A stretch of 33,921 bases of DNA from Hyphochytrium catenoides (GCA_900088475.1 FLMG01002414.1:1-33921); one strand, 5' to 3'. Numbered from the stretch's first letter, positions 1 to 11,700 are shown. The notes: generated by a model from the letters alone, not told the origin. Made by a program: numbers and translations.

Positions 1-321
1 GGCAGGATGGGTGTAGTCGATGCCGCTGTCAATGATGCCCACCTTGACTCCTTTGCCAGTTATGTTCAGCTTAGTGTGAACCTGGTTCATTGCTGTTCTG
101 TTATGAGCAAACTTGAGCTGCGGCTTGGCTGTAGCTTTATCCACGACGACTGCGCTTCCTTGACCCGATTTAGTGATGATGAAGTTCTGAGAGACGTTGT
201 CAACGCTAGCGGTGAGATTTGCCACTGCGGAGATATCGGTAGGGTTTTTGAAGTTCAGAGAGATGCCGTTAATCACCGAATCAAAAACCGTGCGGACTTC
301 GTACCCATTCCCTAGATTTAA
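1..321 (-). pseudogene. Inverted N-terminal part of a subtilisin-like S8 protease (I9-type prodomain plus catalytic Asp motif); runs off the left window edge
   Basis: The reverse complement of 321->1 is open and reads LNLGNGYEVRTVFDSVINGISLNFKNPTDISAVANLTASVDNVSQNFIITKSGQGSAVVVDKATAKPQLKFAHNRTAMNQVHTKLNITGKGVKVGIIDSGIDYTHPA. TGKGVKVGIIDSGIDYTHP is the classic subtilase Asp motif (catalytic D codon at 30-28). It is not in the supplied ORF track. Confidence 0.9.
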
Positions 322-2400
322 AACGACCCAGAGAAATGGATTCCGAAGCCTGGGGATGATCCTCGTGACTGCGACGGTCACGGCACGCATGTTGCTGGCA
401 TCGTTGGAGGGAGATTTCTTTGAATTTGTTGGCGTCGCTCCAGAAGTGACGTTTGGAGCCTATAGGGTCTTTGGCTGCGCTTCTAATGGTCTTGACAATG
501 ACCTCGTCCTTGCGGCACTACTTGACCGCGCCTTCAAGGATGGCATGAACATTATCAACTTATCACTGGGCATCCCTCTCGCATGGGGGCAGACTGTTTT
601 CGGGAAGGCAGTCAATCGGTTAGCAAGCAGATTGGTGGTGGTCGTCTCTGCTTTGGGAAATGATGGTGCGGATGGCTTGTGGTATGCTGGAAATACTGGG
701 AGTGCTACCTATGGACTGGGTGTTGCTGCTTCTGAAAATGACTTCTACTTAGAGTATACCTTCAGAGCCTCTCCTGATAACAAGGAGACAGAGTACGAAA
801 TGGATCCGAAGGACCGTGAGCTCCTCAAGGACGGTGAGCTGATGGTATCAAACACAGATACGGAGGTTAAGGACGACGGATGCGCTCCCTACCCTAGTTC
901 TACATTTACCGGCAAGATCGCCCTCATTCGACGAGGAACCTGCCCATTTAGAAACAAAGCGCTCCATGCCCAAGCAGGCGGCGCTATTGCTGTCATCATC
1001 TATAACAATAGGCCCGATGCTATAGGGGGATTAATAGCTGCTCATGAGGACCTCCACATCCCAGTGGCTGGCATTTCCGGGAAGGATGGTGAAGAGCTTG
1101 TGCGAAGGAGCAAGACTGCACCAGTGACGGTGCAATGGTCTAAAACTCGCAGTGCCTTTCCTAATCCTCTTGCCGGTCAGGTGGCGGACTTCAGCTCTTG
1201 GGGCATGACTGCCGAACTCGACATCAAGCCGGAAGTGACAGCTCCTGGTGCACTCATGTTTTCGTCCGTACCAGCATGCATGGGAAGTTATGCCACTTGG
1301 TCAGGAACATCAATTGCCACGCCTTACGTATCAGGGGTGGCAGCGCTCTATCTCAACAGGGACGGCAAGACGGTCAGAAGAGTTGCGCCTGGAAAGATGA
1401 AGAAGATCTTGATGAACAATGCGTGCCTATCCATTTGTTGGATGGAGGCATGCCCGCTCCCGTAGCCCGCCAAGGCGCTGGCCTAATTAATGCCTTCCAG
1501 GCCGTGCAGAGTAGCACGCTTGTCTATCCCTTCGCCCTAAAGTTAGGGGACGACCGAGTGGGCCAGACAAGGATTGCCAGGACACTTTACGTCAGGAATG
1601 CGGGCAACATACAGGTGAAATACAGTCTCAGCCACCTTCCGGCCGCATCTGTGAACGGTACCGTCAGCGAGGAACCTACACTGGACACGAGATATTCCGC
1701 GGTAGTGATAACACCGTCAACGTTGGAGCTGGCGCCAGGAGCGATGGCGACTGTGAAAATCACAATCACCCCTAACGCCACTATGCCGGCTCAGGAGCGG
1801 TGGCTGTACTCTGGATACATCAAGGTCGACCCCGTAGCTCCACCTGCGACTCAAAGCTCGAGATACAATCCTGTCTTCGTCCCTTACGCGAGACTCAAAG
1901 GCGACTACACTGGCTACCCCGTGCTTCCTACGGGAGAAGCAGCTCCCGTTCTCGTAAGTGAAGGACAGTGGTTGGCTGCAGATGACCCCACCATTTACCA
2001 ATCTCCAAACGAAACAGCCACTTTCACTTTCAGCGAGGAGACTAAAGACTTCCCGGTCATCCGAACTCGTACTCTTCATCCCGCACCCCTCATAACGATC
2101 ACGCTGCACAAGATCCAGAATGGCCAGCAAATGGGCTTCGTGGCTTATGACAGATATGTTCCTAAGACGGTTCTTGACCCAACTGATGCTGAGAAGTACT
2201 ATCTCTCCTTCCCCTGGCGGGGCCCTGGAAACGTTAAGGCTGCAGTGCTGAAGGATCCCGTTAACAAGCCCAATGAATGGACTCCAGTCCCAGACGGCAC
2301 TTACTACCTTATGATGACTGCACAGAAAGCGCTCGCAGGCCCGATGAAGAAGGAGACCTGGCGCTCCCCTAAGATTGTGATAAGAATTGGAAGAAAGTAG
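322..2400 (+). pseudogene. Subtilisin-like S8 serine protease (Vpr-like: catalytic domain with PA insert and C-terminal Fn3-like domain), intronless, disrupted
   Basis: Frame 1 from 322 reads [29 protein letters not shown] (catalytic His at 379-381). A +1 frameshift at ~409 leads into frame 2: FVGVAPEVTFGAYRVFGC, INLSLG, GNDG, PA domain (GKIALIRRGTCPF..KALHAQAGGAIAVIIYNN), FSSWG..ELDIKPEVTAPG, SGTSIATPYVSG (Ser at 1310-1312). A -1 frameshift at ~1422 returns to frame 1: PVARQGAGLINA, RTLYVRNAG, LYSGYI, stop TAG at 2398-2400. Confidence 0.88.
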
Positions 2401-2825
2401 AAGATTGACGCATTGATTGAGTAACAAGAAGCTTCCTATGGAGGGCGCAGAAGCCTCATGGTGACGAGAACAATAAGAGAACAGCCATTGATAACGCTTC
2501 CTTTTTTTCCCTAAAGTATAAAGCAAACAACGTGCATCAGACTTTGTTCCTCTGGCTACGATGCTTCTTCCTTTCTATCATTCTTCTTTCTTCCTCCGTT
2601 CGTACCTGGCTCTTGCAGACATATCATTGCAATGAGCGTTTAGCGCATACCTCTGACAAGGACTCAGGAAGACTCAAAGCACGCAAGCGAGCCAGCACCA
2701 CTCGACGCACCAATCGCTGGTAAGGTCGTAGGCTGGCAATAGCTTTTCTCTATAATGACTGACGCGTATGGAGGAGCAGCGGCAATGGAATCGATGACAT
2801 GACGTGACGAGACGAAGGCGTTGCC

Positions 2826-2896
2826 GCTCTTGTTGTCTCTTCTTCTCTTCCTCCTCCTCCTTGTATTTCTTCTTCCTCTTCTTCTGCTGCTGCTGC
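2826..2896. repeat. Low-complexity trinucleotide tract (TCT/TCC/CTG)
   Basis: Runs such as tcttcttctcttcctcctcctcc and cttctgctgctgctgc. Confidence 0.7.
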
Positions 2897-3254
2897 CTCG
2901 TACTTCCTAGTAGAGTAATTGTTGTTGCCGATAACAAGTACAAGTAGCTTTGTCAAGTCAAGTATAAGGTGTAATTACTTGTTACTTGATAACGGAACCA
3001 GAGACATGAAAGGAAACCTTCGAAACGGAGACGAATTTTTTGGAAGTTTGTCACACGCTTTGACACGGGAGTCAGCCACTGAAAGAAACAGGGAAAGAAA
3101 GTTAATAGACCGGAAAAAATGGAGAGCCAGAGTTATGAGAGACAAAGAAGAAGGGACATTTGTACCAGAAGAATCTCCGAGAGGAAGACAGAGCGAGAGA
3201 GAAAGAGCGAGTACTTGTATTTACAGGAAAGAAAGAGGTCAGAACCAACCAGGA

Positions 3255-3366
3255 AAGACCGAGAGAGACGGAGAGGGAGAGAGATGGAGAAAGAGAGAGA
3301 GAGTGAGGGAGAGGCAGACTGTGCGGGTAAGGGGGTGCGAGGAGAGAGAGAGAGAGAGAGGAGAGG

Positions 3367-3426
<60 letters not shown>

Positions 3427-3530
3427 AGAGAACGGAGAAATGAAGAGAGACAGTGAATGATGAAACAGGGAGAGACAGGTGAACAGAACTGAGAGAGAAA
3501 CAGAGAAAGAGCGAGGGAGAGAAGAGCGAG
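3255..3530. repeat. GA-rich microsatellite region containing a pure (GA)25 tract at 3371-3420
   Basis: Directly visible. It generates the spurious ER-repeat and SL-repeat ORFs in the track. Confidence 0.95.
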
Positions 3531-3737
3531 TGTTGAAGGGGGAACCGCACAAAGTACGGTTTTCCCCTGCATCAGATCATCGAAGGCTATCATCATCCTC
3601 TCAAGTCTCTTTCGGCCGAATAGCCAGCACGCTCGCTACAGTCTCTTCTTTCTCGATTCTGGGAGCACACACAAGCCAAGACAAGAGGCAGAGCCGGTCC
3701 AGTGTTTATTGAAGACTTTCTCTCACTTCTTTCTTTC

Positions 3738-3809
3738 NNNNNNNNNNNNNNNNNNNNNNNNNNNNNNNNNNNNNNNNNNNNNNNNNNNNNNNNNNNNNNN
3801 NNNNNNNNN
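3738..3809. other. Assembly gap (72 N)
   Basis: Run of n characters. Confidence 1.
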
Positions 3810-3917
3810 TCTCCATTCTGCCGCTGAAGGTCTTGCCGATAAACTCTTATCTGGAGATATAGAGGAAGATATTTGGTTACGCTTCTCTTTCCCGTCCTCC
3901 TTCTCTCTTTCACCTGA

Positions 3918-6618
3918 ATGGACGGGCTGAGCACGCCTTATGAGCAGGCCCAGGGCCTCTCTCCTGCAGCGAAGGATGACCCCAGACGGGAGGATTCACA
4001 AGTTGCCGTTGATGTATCAGATCACCCAGCCTTGCTGCACAAGGGTTCTTCTTCATCCTTAGAAGACGATAAAGCCTCAAATAGACCGAAAGACACAGAT
4101 TGGAACCAACAGAGACTCAAGAGGACCCAGCCTCAGTATACGCCCAACTATGTCAGTCTGGTCTCCTTTGTGGTTCCCTTTCTTTTCTCATTGACAGATA
4201 GCGCTTGCGTTCGCGCTCACTTTAGCCCTCTCTCTCTTTGGTGCTAGGTCTCCCTTTCCTGTTCTCTGGCTCTCTCTTCCCCTTCCGATCAATCCTCTCT
4301 TGCCCTGTCCTTCACGCAAAGCTCAACCACTGACACTCTGTCTCAGGTGATCGGCACGTTTTACATCTTTGCACTCGGTTTCATAGCGTTAGGCGTTGAC
4401 CTTGTCATCGAGTCACAAAATGCTGCGGACTATGAGATCATCTACGATGGGCCCAACAGATGTAAAGGGCGATGTACCGATGGTTATATAATAGACGGGG
4501 ACAAGTGCGTCTTAGCGGAGGGAGAGGTACTTGGGGACCCTGACTTTGCTGCTTCCTGCTCTCTGGTTGCTAAACTCTACCTTTCTCTCTCCTCGTGATC
4601 TGTTCTTTCCATTTTTTGGTTAGAATGACTCCTTCAGCGAGGCACACACCTGCTTCGTAACCTTCACTGTAGACAAGGACCTACAACCGCCCATCTATGT
4701 CCAGTATGGGCTTCAGAAGTACTATCAGATTCACAGGCGTTACGTGGGCTCACAGCTCTACGAGCAGTACGCGAATACGTTTAAAGAGGGCAGCAGCACG
4801 CAGGTGTGCTCACCCTATGAGACAACACGGAGTGAAGTCTCAAAGTGAGTCGATAGCGCTTTTATACGGAGTGAGAGAGAGGACGATAGGGAGAGGAGAG
4901 GTTGGTAGCACATCTAGCATTGGCAAGCGGAGAGAATTGGCTCTTGCTTCTGACGCGGGGGCGATTGCCTCCTCAACGGTCCACCTTGATCCCGGGACCT
5001 CCTAGGATTGCCCCCGTCGGATAAGAATGAGAAATTATGGAGACATAAAGGATGCCAAGGAGACCTGGAGATAGGAAAGGCATGAAAATGGGATGCAGAC
5101 GACTGCCACTGTTAGGTGGCCAAATTGGCATTCTAGCGGCTACACTTCAAACTTTCCTGTCTCTGTCTCACACACAAACGCCTGCGGTGTTCCTGCTTGT
5201 CATTGTGCATGCAGGTACGACTTGTCTAAATGTACCAACTCCTCCAGTCCAAATGTTGAGTGCGGAAAGATTCCTGACACTGCGAAAGTGTACCGACCTT
5301 ACCCCTGCGGCCTAGGAGCGAACACCATTTTCAACGATATTTATAAGGTCTATTGGCTTACGAACTTCTCGATCCTTCTGTTTAAACTTGTTCTGTGTGG
5401 TCTACTTGTCATAACCAAAGAGGTACCAAAATCGTGTGCCCCTGTTATGGCTGTATCTTTAGCCCTACCTTTCGACCACTTCTTTCTACTGAGCTCCCTA
5501 TCCGACCTCTCTCTTTTATCCAGGTCATCTCGCCCGCGGGCCAGTATCGCCTGCAAGTGTCTGGCATCTCAAGGAACTATTCCTACCTCCCGTTCACCAA
5601 CCCTTCTTCTACAATCCAGTCCAACCCCGAGTACATATTTCCTTGGCAGCAACGGAACTTCTACTGGCTAATCCCGTCGTCCTACCGTCAGCCACCGATC
5701 CCCAATGTTACTCTTTGGGAAGAGCCGATGGAAGAATGGGGCTTAAACTCGTCTTTTTTCAAGAATTGGGTACAGATTCCAGCCACATTGAACTTCAGAA
5801 AGCCGTACGCAGTGATAAACGCGGTAAGTGAGGAAGAACACCAAAGATATCTTTACATCGAGGAAGAAAGTGGGGAGAGTTTGGCAGTCAAAGCAAGGGA
5901 CACTGGTAAGGGAAGACAGCGAAAGGCTTTAACAACGAGCAAACCAGATGGAGGGAGATTGAGTTTGCTGCGAGCATGGACGCGTTCTCTCCGTTCCTGG
6001 CTTTGGTCTCTCTGTTTCTCTTCCTTGTTCCTTCCGCAGTTCTGTCCTTGGTCTTCTATTCTGGTTGATCTCACTCTCTCTTTCATCGACGTCCTCGTGC
6101 TACCCTTAGCCCATACCTAAAGGGACCAATATCACATTCCGAGTGATGTCAAACTTTCTCGTGGCTCCGTGGGAAGGCAGCAAGTCCATTTCCTTACAGG
6201 TCAGCGTTTGTCTCTCCTATTTTCTGTCTGTGGATGGTCGCTTTGTCTTCACTTTGCCTGGTCCCGTTGGCTTTACTGATGTACCATAGTCAGCAAACTT
6301 CCCATTTGGCTCCTCTTTTCTGTGTTCCCTGTGATTACACGCGCTTCTTACCCCATCGTGCTGTCCGCTTTCCCTGGGCTCGTCCCTGTCTACTGTCTCT
6401 CCGCTGTGTAGACCCTCGTCTGGTTTGGAGACGCCAATCTCCCTTTGGGATGGATGTGCATCGGCTTCGGTGCTCTTTTCTTCCTCATGGCGCTTGTCTT
6501 TCACCTGAAGGTTATGCGACATCCGAGGCCGCTGGCTGATGCCAGTGTGCTGGAGTGGAAAGAGATAGAATGGGCCAAGAAGAAGCAGCGGAAGAACAAG
6601 AAATACAAGCTCTCCTAG
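3918..6618 (+). CDS. CDC50: CDC50/LEM3 family P4-ATPase (phospholipid flippase) beta subunit, ~454 aa, 7 exons
   Basis: Phase-consistent GT-AG exons: 3918-4151, 4347-4526, 4624-4844, 5215-5347, 5524-5823, 6110-6199, 6412-6618. Family motifs: SNRPKDTDWNQQRL..QP.YTP, TM1, PPIYVQYGLQKYYQIHRRYV, YPCGLGANTIFND, WVQIPATLNFRKPY, SNFLV..WEGSKSI, WFGDANLPLG followed by TM2, HPRPLAD. Confidence 0.92.
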
Positions 6619-6624
6619 ATTCCC

Positions 6625-7574
6625 TCATTTTCCTCTTTCTCGGATAGTTCCGTTCGCACTCCCCTTCTCTCTCTCTCGCTCCCTCTCTCTCTTCTCTCCC
6701 TCACTCTCACTCGTTCTATTTAAACCTTTCTTACTCCGTAGCCATAGAGGAGACCAAGGATAGACGAGCCGCGTGCCTTTGGCCTCATATGAATACCTTC
6801 TATTGTTTATATAACAAGACGATGAAGCACTTGGTTGACTAAATTTTTAAGAGAGGCCAAGCCATCGTGAAAGAGAGCACGAAGAAAGCTACTAACTGGG
6901 AAAATCTATCGACTCCCATTCTTGTCCTTCTCTCTCCATCTTTTCTCTTTCTCACCCGCCATATTCTCTATTTTATAGCGTGCCCATCTGCTTGCCTGCG
7001 CACAGGGGGTCCTCTAACTCTTCCGTAGCTCTTCTTTTCTCTTACCTCTTCCGTCTCGCGCAACCTCCTATCGATCCTGCTACCTGTCCTCCGTTTCCTC
7101 CTTCGGTCTTTTCTTCCCAATGGGAGGATGGGCTCTCTCTCGCTCTCTCATCACGCTTACTTTCGCTCCCTCTCTCCGCCCCTGCACCTCTCAGTCTTTG
7201 TTCTTTCTCTTCCTCTCTCTCTCTCACTCCCTCTCTTCTTTCTCTCTCTCCCCTCTCTCTCTCCCTCTCTCTCTCCTTTCCCTCTCTCTCTGTCTCTCTC
7301 TCTCTTTCTCTCTCTCGTTTCCTCTTTTTCTTTTTGTCTCATCTCGCCTTCCTTGATGACTCTCTACAACAGCGCGCTCTCTCTCCCGTCAGATTTTGTC
7401 GCGGTTTTGACTTATCACTTACTCCATTTAGTTATGGGCGGTTAGTCTATGGGTAGGTGAGCAATACTCAAGCCTTGTGTTTTAAACAAGAGTTGGAGTG
7501 TGAGGCTAAGGTTTAGATCGTTAGGTTTACGTTATGCCCGAACTAAAAGATCGTCTGTCCCCTCTCTCTCTCTC

Positions 7575-7605
<31 letters not shown>

Positions 7606-8720
7606 CACTCTCACTCTCTCTCTCTCTATGTGTCTCTGTCTCCGTCCCACTCTTTTTCCTCTGCTTGATCTGGCATCCTCTCTTACTCTCGCTCTTTCTT
7701 TCTCTCTCGTCTGTCCACCTGCTCACTCATCTCTCTCTTCTCCTACAGCTTGTCTGCTCTTCGTCTTTCGGTTTGCCAACTTACACTTGGGGTCAACTCT
7801 CCCTCTGTGACAACACAGGAGTCTTTCTCTCTCATCTTTAGCCTCTCTCGCGTCTCTTCCTGTTTCCTTGTCATTCCATCACTGAGCCTCAGTTGCACGC
7901 TTCAGTGATAACTTGGAACGCTTTGACGACCGACAGGCATCCCAAGACCATCCAGCGCTGCAGCGCAGAACTTGATTGCCACATACCACGAGTAAGTCAG
8001 AGAAAATGAGAGAGATTGGCAGGAGGGGAGACAAAGTGATAGAGAGGAAAAGGAAGAGAAGAGGCACAAGAAGAAAGAGAGAAGAGATTGTAAGAGACCG
8101 ACGTAGCGAGGGTAGTGAACTAGCGCTCTGCGTCCGATCTTAGCTATACTCTTGTGGGAGAGCGCTCTCTCTCTTCTCTCTCTCTCTTCTCTCTCTCTTC
8201 TCTCTCTCTCTTCTGTCTGTCTGTCTCTCTCTCTCTCTCTGTGTCACCGCTCAGTGTCAGTCTTTTCTCTCCTCATTGTCTCTCTCTTTGCTGGCTTTGT
8301 CCCTCATATCTTATTCAACGCTATCGTGCTCATCGCGACTTCTCTTCTGCTATCCCCAGGTGGACGAGAGAGATGGAGTACTTCAACGAGTGGTGGACTC
8401 ACAATGGACGGCCACTTGTGGACGTAAGTCCCCTTAGGCAGATGGCTCTCGGGTTGTCTTTTTGAGGGCTCTCAGCTTCTCTGCCACACTGTTCCTTTCT
8501 TCCGTCTCTCTCTCTCTCTCCCTCAGGTCTGCTCTGCATCCGTTTTCTTTCTCTCCTTCATCCGGGGCGTCTCTTTGTTGTCTCCCTGAAGTCCCTCCAG
8601 CATTATCAGTCTTCTACAACTGCTTCCTTCTGTCTTCTTGGCTCTTTCCTCCCTTTTCACTCTCTCTAGTTCCTCTTTCTCTCTCTCTCTCTCTCCCCTC
8701 CGACCCGTCTCTTTCTCCGC
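6625..8720. repeat. Clusters of CT microsatellite / polypyrimidine tracts (e.g. ~7130-7340, 7560-7630, 8165-8240, 8505-8525, 8660-8700) upstream of LCB1 and in its 5' introns
   Basis: Directly visible (CT)n runs on the sense strand. Confidence 0.9.
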
Positions 8721-11700
8721 CATTTGCTCTGTCTGTCCGCTAAGCGCTGATCGCGATCCTTCCTTGATTACAGGCTGTCCTAGCTGGAGATGCGCAGCAG
8801 ATTGCCACAGCCGTGAAGAATATACCTCAGGCTTATGTTCAGTAAGAGCTGATCTGTCCCCTTTCCCTCTGTTTCCGTTTCCCGTCATCAAACAATCTCT
8901 GCCCTGAGATGTGTCGTTCCGCCTGTCCCAAGGGGCTCTGACTGATGTCAGTCCTACTTTCTTTTACACATGCTCTAAGCTCATGGTCTTTGGCTGCCTG
9001 CGGCATCTTTAGCTGTGTTTGTTACCCTTCTTTTCATCTCATGCACTCTCTATCACGCTTCTTCGGTGCGCTAATTATGCCCCTTTCTGTCCTTCTCCCC
9101 TCTCTCTCCTGCTGTACAGGTACATCAAGGATATGTATAAGGAGAGTCCTGGCCATGTGATCATCGAGACTTTCCTGATCTGCTTTATTATCTACATCAC
9201 CTTCTTCAAGAAAAGGTTGGCAGGCTCCTCCTGCACTTTCTTCTCCTCCTTCTCTTCTTCTTATTCATTGCGTTACTCGTCGGCAAGGTTCCCTCCCGCC
9301 GTCATTCGCATCTTGCTTGATACTTCCGCGGGCTTCAAAGTCACATACGCCTGGACCCCTTGTTTGGCTGCTACTGTCTATCTGGCATGGGTCTGGAAGT
9401 CTGTTTCTTTGAGGAGTGTCTGAAGGCTGTATCTCTTGAAGAGAGAAACTTAGTCTATTTGAACCGTATGATCCGCAGCGATGACCCGGCACAAGAAGGA
9501 GGAGGTTACATCCCGTCAAGTGTGCTTACTAAGAGAGAGGTAGACGAGCTGCTGGAGGATTGGCAGCCAGAGCCACTCGTGCCTAAGATACCAGAAGAGG
9601 TCCTCCAAGCTGGAGGTGAAGAGCTGGTAAGAAGCTCAATGAAGAGAGGAAGAGGGGGAGACAGGCATATGCCCACTGATAGTTCTTGTCGGTCTCATGG
9701 ACGAACTCGTCCTCGACTTTCTAACCATACTCCGCTTGGTCCTGACTGCCCCTATTCATCTTTGGGATTGCAGGTTGTTGAAGCTTCGGGAACGACGCAT
9801 GTGAAGCTGCAAGGCAGGGACGAGGAACTTCTTAACTTTGCAACATTTGACTATCTAGGCATCGGTGGGAGGCCAGAAATGAAGGAGGTCTCGTTGAAGA
9901 CAATGGACAAGGTGTGTACGAATCGGGGCGGGGGCCATAGACCGAGGTGGAGAGTAATGGGAACCAGCACAGTGAAAGCAGGTATACAGGGAAGAAGGAT
10001 GACGTTTAGCACTTGAAGACTGATAGCGGCTACTACGAGGGTGACACAGCGGAGGCAGAAAGACAGGGAGTGCATAATGGTGAATGGGTTAGTGTGATAG
10101 GGACGGGGGAACGACAGGCGAGAAGGGAGAAACTAACTAGCCTATCCATGCAGTTTGGGCTAGGCTCTTGTGGACCTCGAGGGTTCTATGGGACCATCAC
10201 GGAACACCTAAAGGTCGGAGAGCGTAGGAACCAGGAAGAACAGCCGTGAAATGGAGCTTACAAAGTCTTTGTTTTGCAGCTCTGCCTTTCCCCTACTGTC
10301 GTTGTCTAACTGTCTCTTCTTTCACCTGTAACACATGTCGTATACTTCTCTCACTTGCATCTGACACTATTGACTCTCTCTTTCTGTCTCTACTTTCCCA
10401 GTTGGAGGATAAGATTGCCAAGTTCTTCGGCACCAAATCATCCATCACATACTCAGATAATGCATCCACATCATCGTCCGCTGTTCCTGCTTTCTCCAAG
10501 AAGGGTGATCTTCTTATAGTGGACGCTGGCGTCTACCATACCCTGACAACTGGTAACCGATATACACCCAGAAGCGGAGACGGATTGTCCATTAGTAACC
10601 GCCCCTCGTCACTTTGGATACTTTTTGCTCGGTCTTTCTCTCTTTCAGGTGTTCAGCTTTCACGTAGTCAAACAATTTACTATAAGCACAACGATATGGA
10701 GGATCTAGAGAGGGTGCTGAAGGCCGTGCAGGTAAACCTATTTGACTACACATTGGAGACCATTTGAGCGTTTGGGGTGCTCCCACCTATGTCAGACGAG
10801 AGATGGGCATTGAGAGACGGGATGCAAGTGTAGAGAGAACAAAGAAGTAGATGAGGAACGTTGATAGCCTCTGATATATTTGTTCTTGGCTATGCAATGT
10901 ATGGTATAGGATAAGGACCGCAAGTTGGGCCGTTCTTCTGATTGTCAGCGGCGGTTCATTGTCACTGAAGGGTTGTTCCACAACTACGGAGATGTCTGCG
11001 ATCTACCGACTTTGGTGAAGCTTAAGGAGAAGTACTTCTACAGACTCATTGTTGATGAGACTAACTCTATAGGCGTCTTAGGTAGTCTCTTGCGGCTCAA
11101 GCCCCGCTTTCTACCCCTGTACTACTTTCGATCTCTCTTCCTATCACCCCTTGTCTATCCTTCTGGGGAAGTCCATTGAGAAGGCTTGCAGGTCTGCCAC
11201 CCACTGTCAGAGAATATTTGCTGCTACCGCATTGGACTTGTCGCTTGGCACTTCCTGCCTGAAACAACCGCCTCACCGTATGGACCTACTCTTTCCCTTC
11301 GTTGCTTGTTGGTTAGGCAAGACTGGTCGGGGCCTGACGGAGCATTTCAATCTTCCGATATCCTGTATCGATATTTTGACTGGTTCTTTGGAATACTCTC
11401 TCGCGTCTATTGGAGGTTTCTGCATTGGAAAAGAGGAAGTTGTTGACCATCAAAGGCTGGGAGGCGCAGGATATGTATACTCGGCCTCCGCGCCCCCTTT
11501 CCTATGTGCGGCAGCGACAAGGGCTCTAGAGATTTTGGAAGGGGAAGGGGAAACCTTGTTGAAGACGCTAAGAGATAATGCCAAGATACTCTATGAAGGC
11601 CTACGAAAACTTCCTCAACTGGAGGTAGGACGATCTTCCTTGCTGGATTTTGGCTCATCTCCGTTCTGCTCGCTTTCCTTACAACGTTTTCCGTCGGCCC

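Noticed and set aside
7-315. 102-aa + strand ORF
   Set aside because: It is the exact antisense shadow of the minus-strand subtilisin prodomain/Asp-motif frame.
1717-2526. 269-aa minus-strand ORF
   Set aside because: It is the antisense shadow of the subtilisin C-terminal frame and has no recognisable motifs.
2674-3712. Several ER-, SL- and E/K-rich ORFs
   Set aside because: They are products of GA/CT and trinucleotide repeats that lack stop codons.
6980-8907. Many Ser/Leu-rich 'membrane protein' ORFs
   Set aside because: They are translations of (CT)n tracts. Only 8373-8423 and 8774-8841 fit the LCB1 exon chain.
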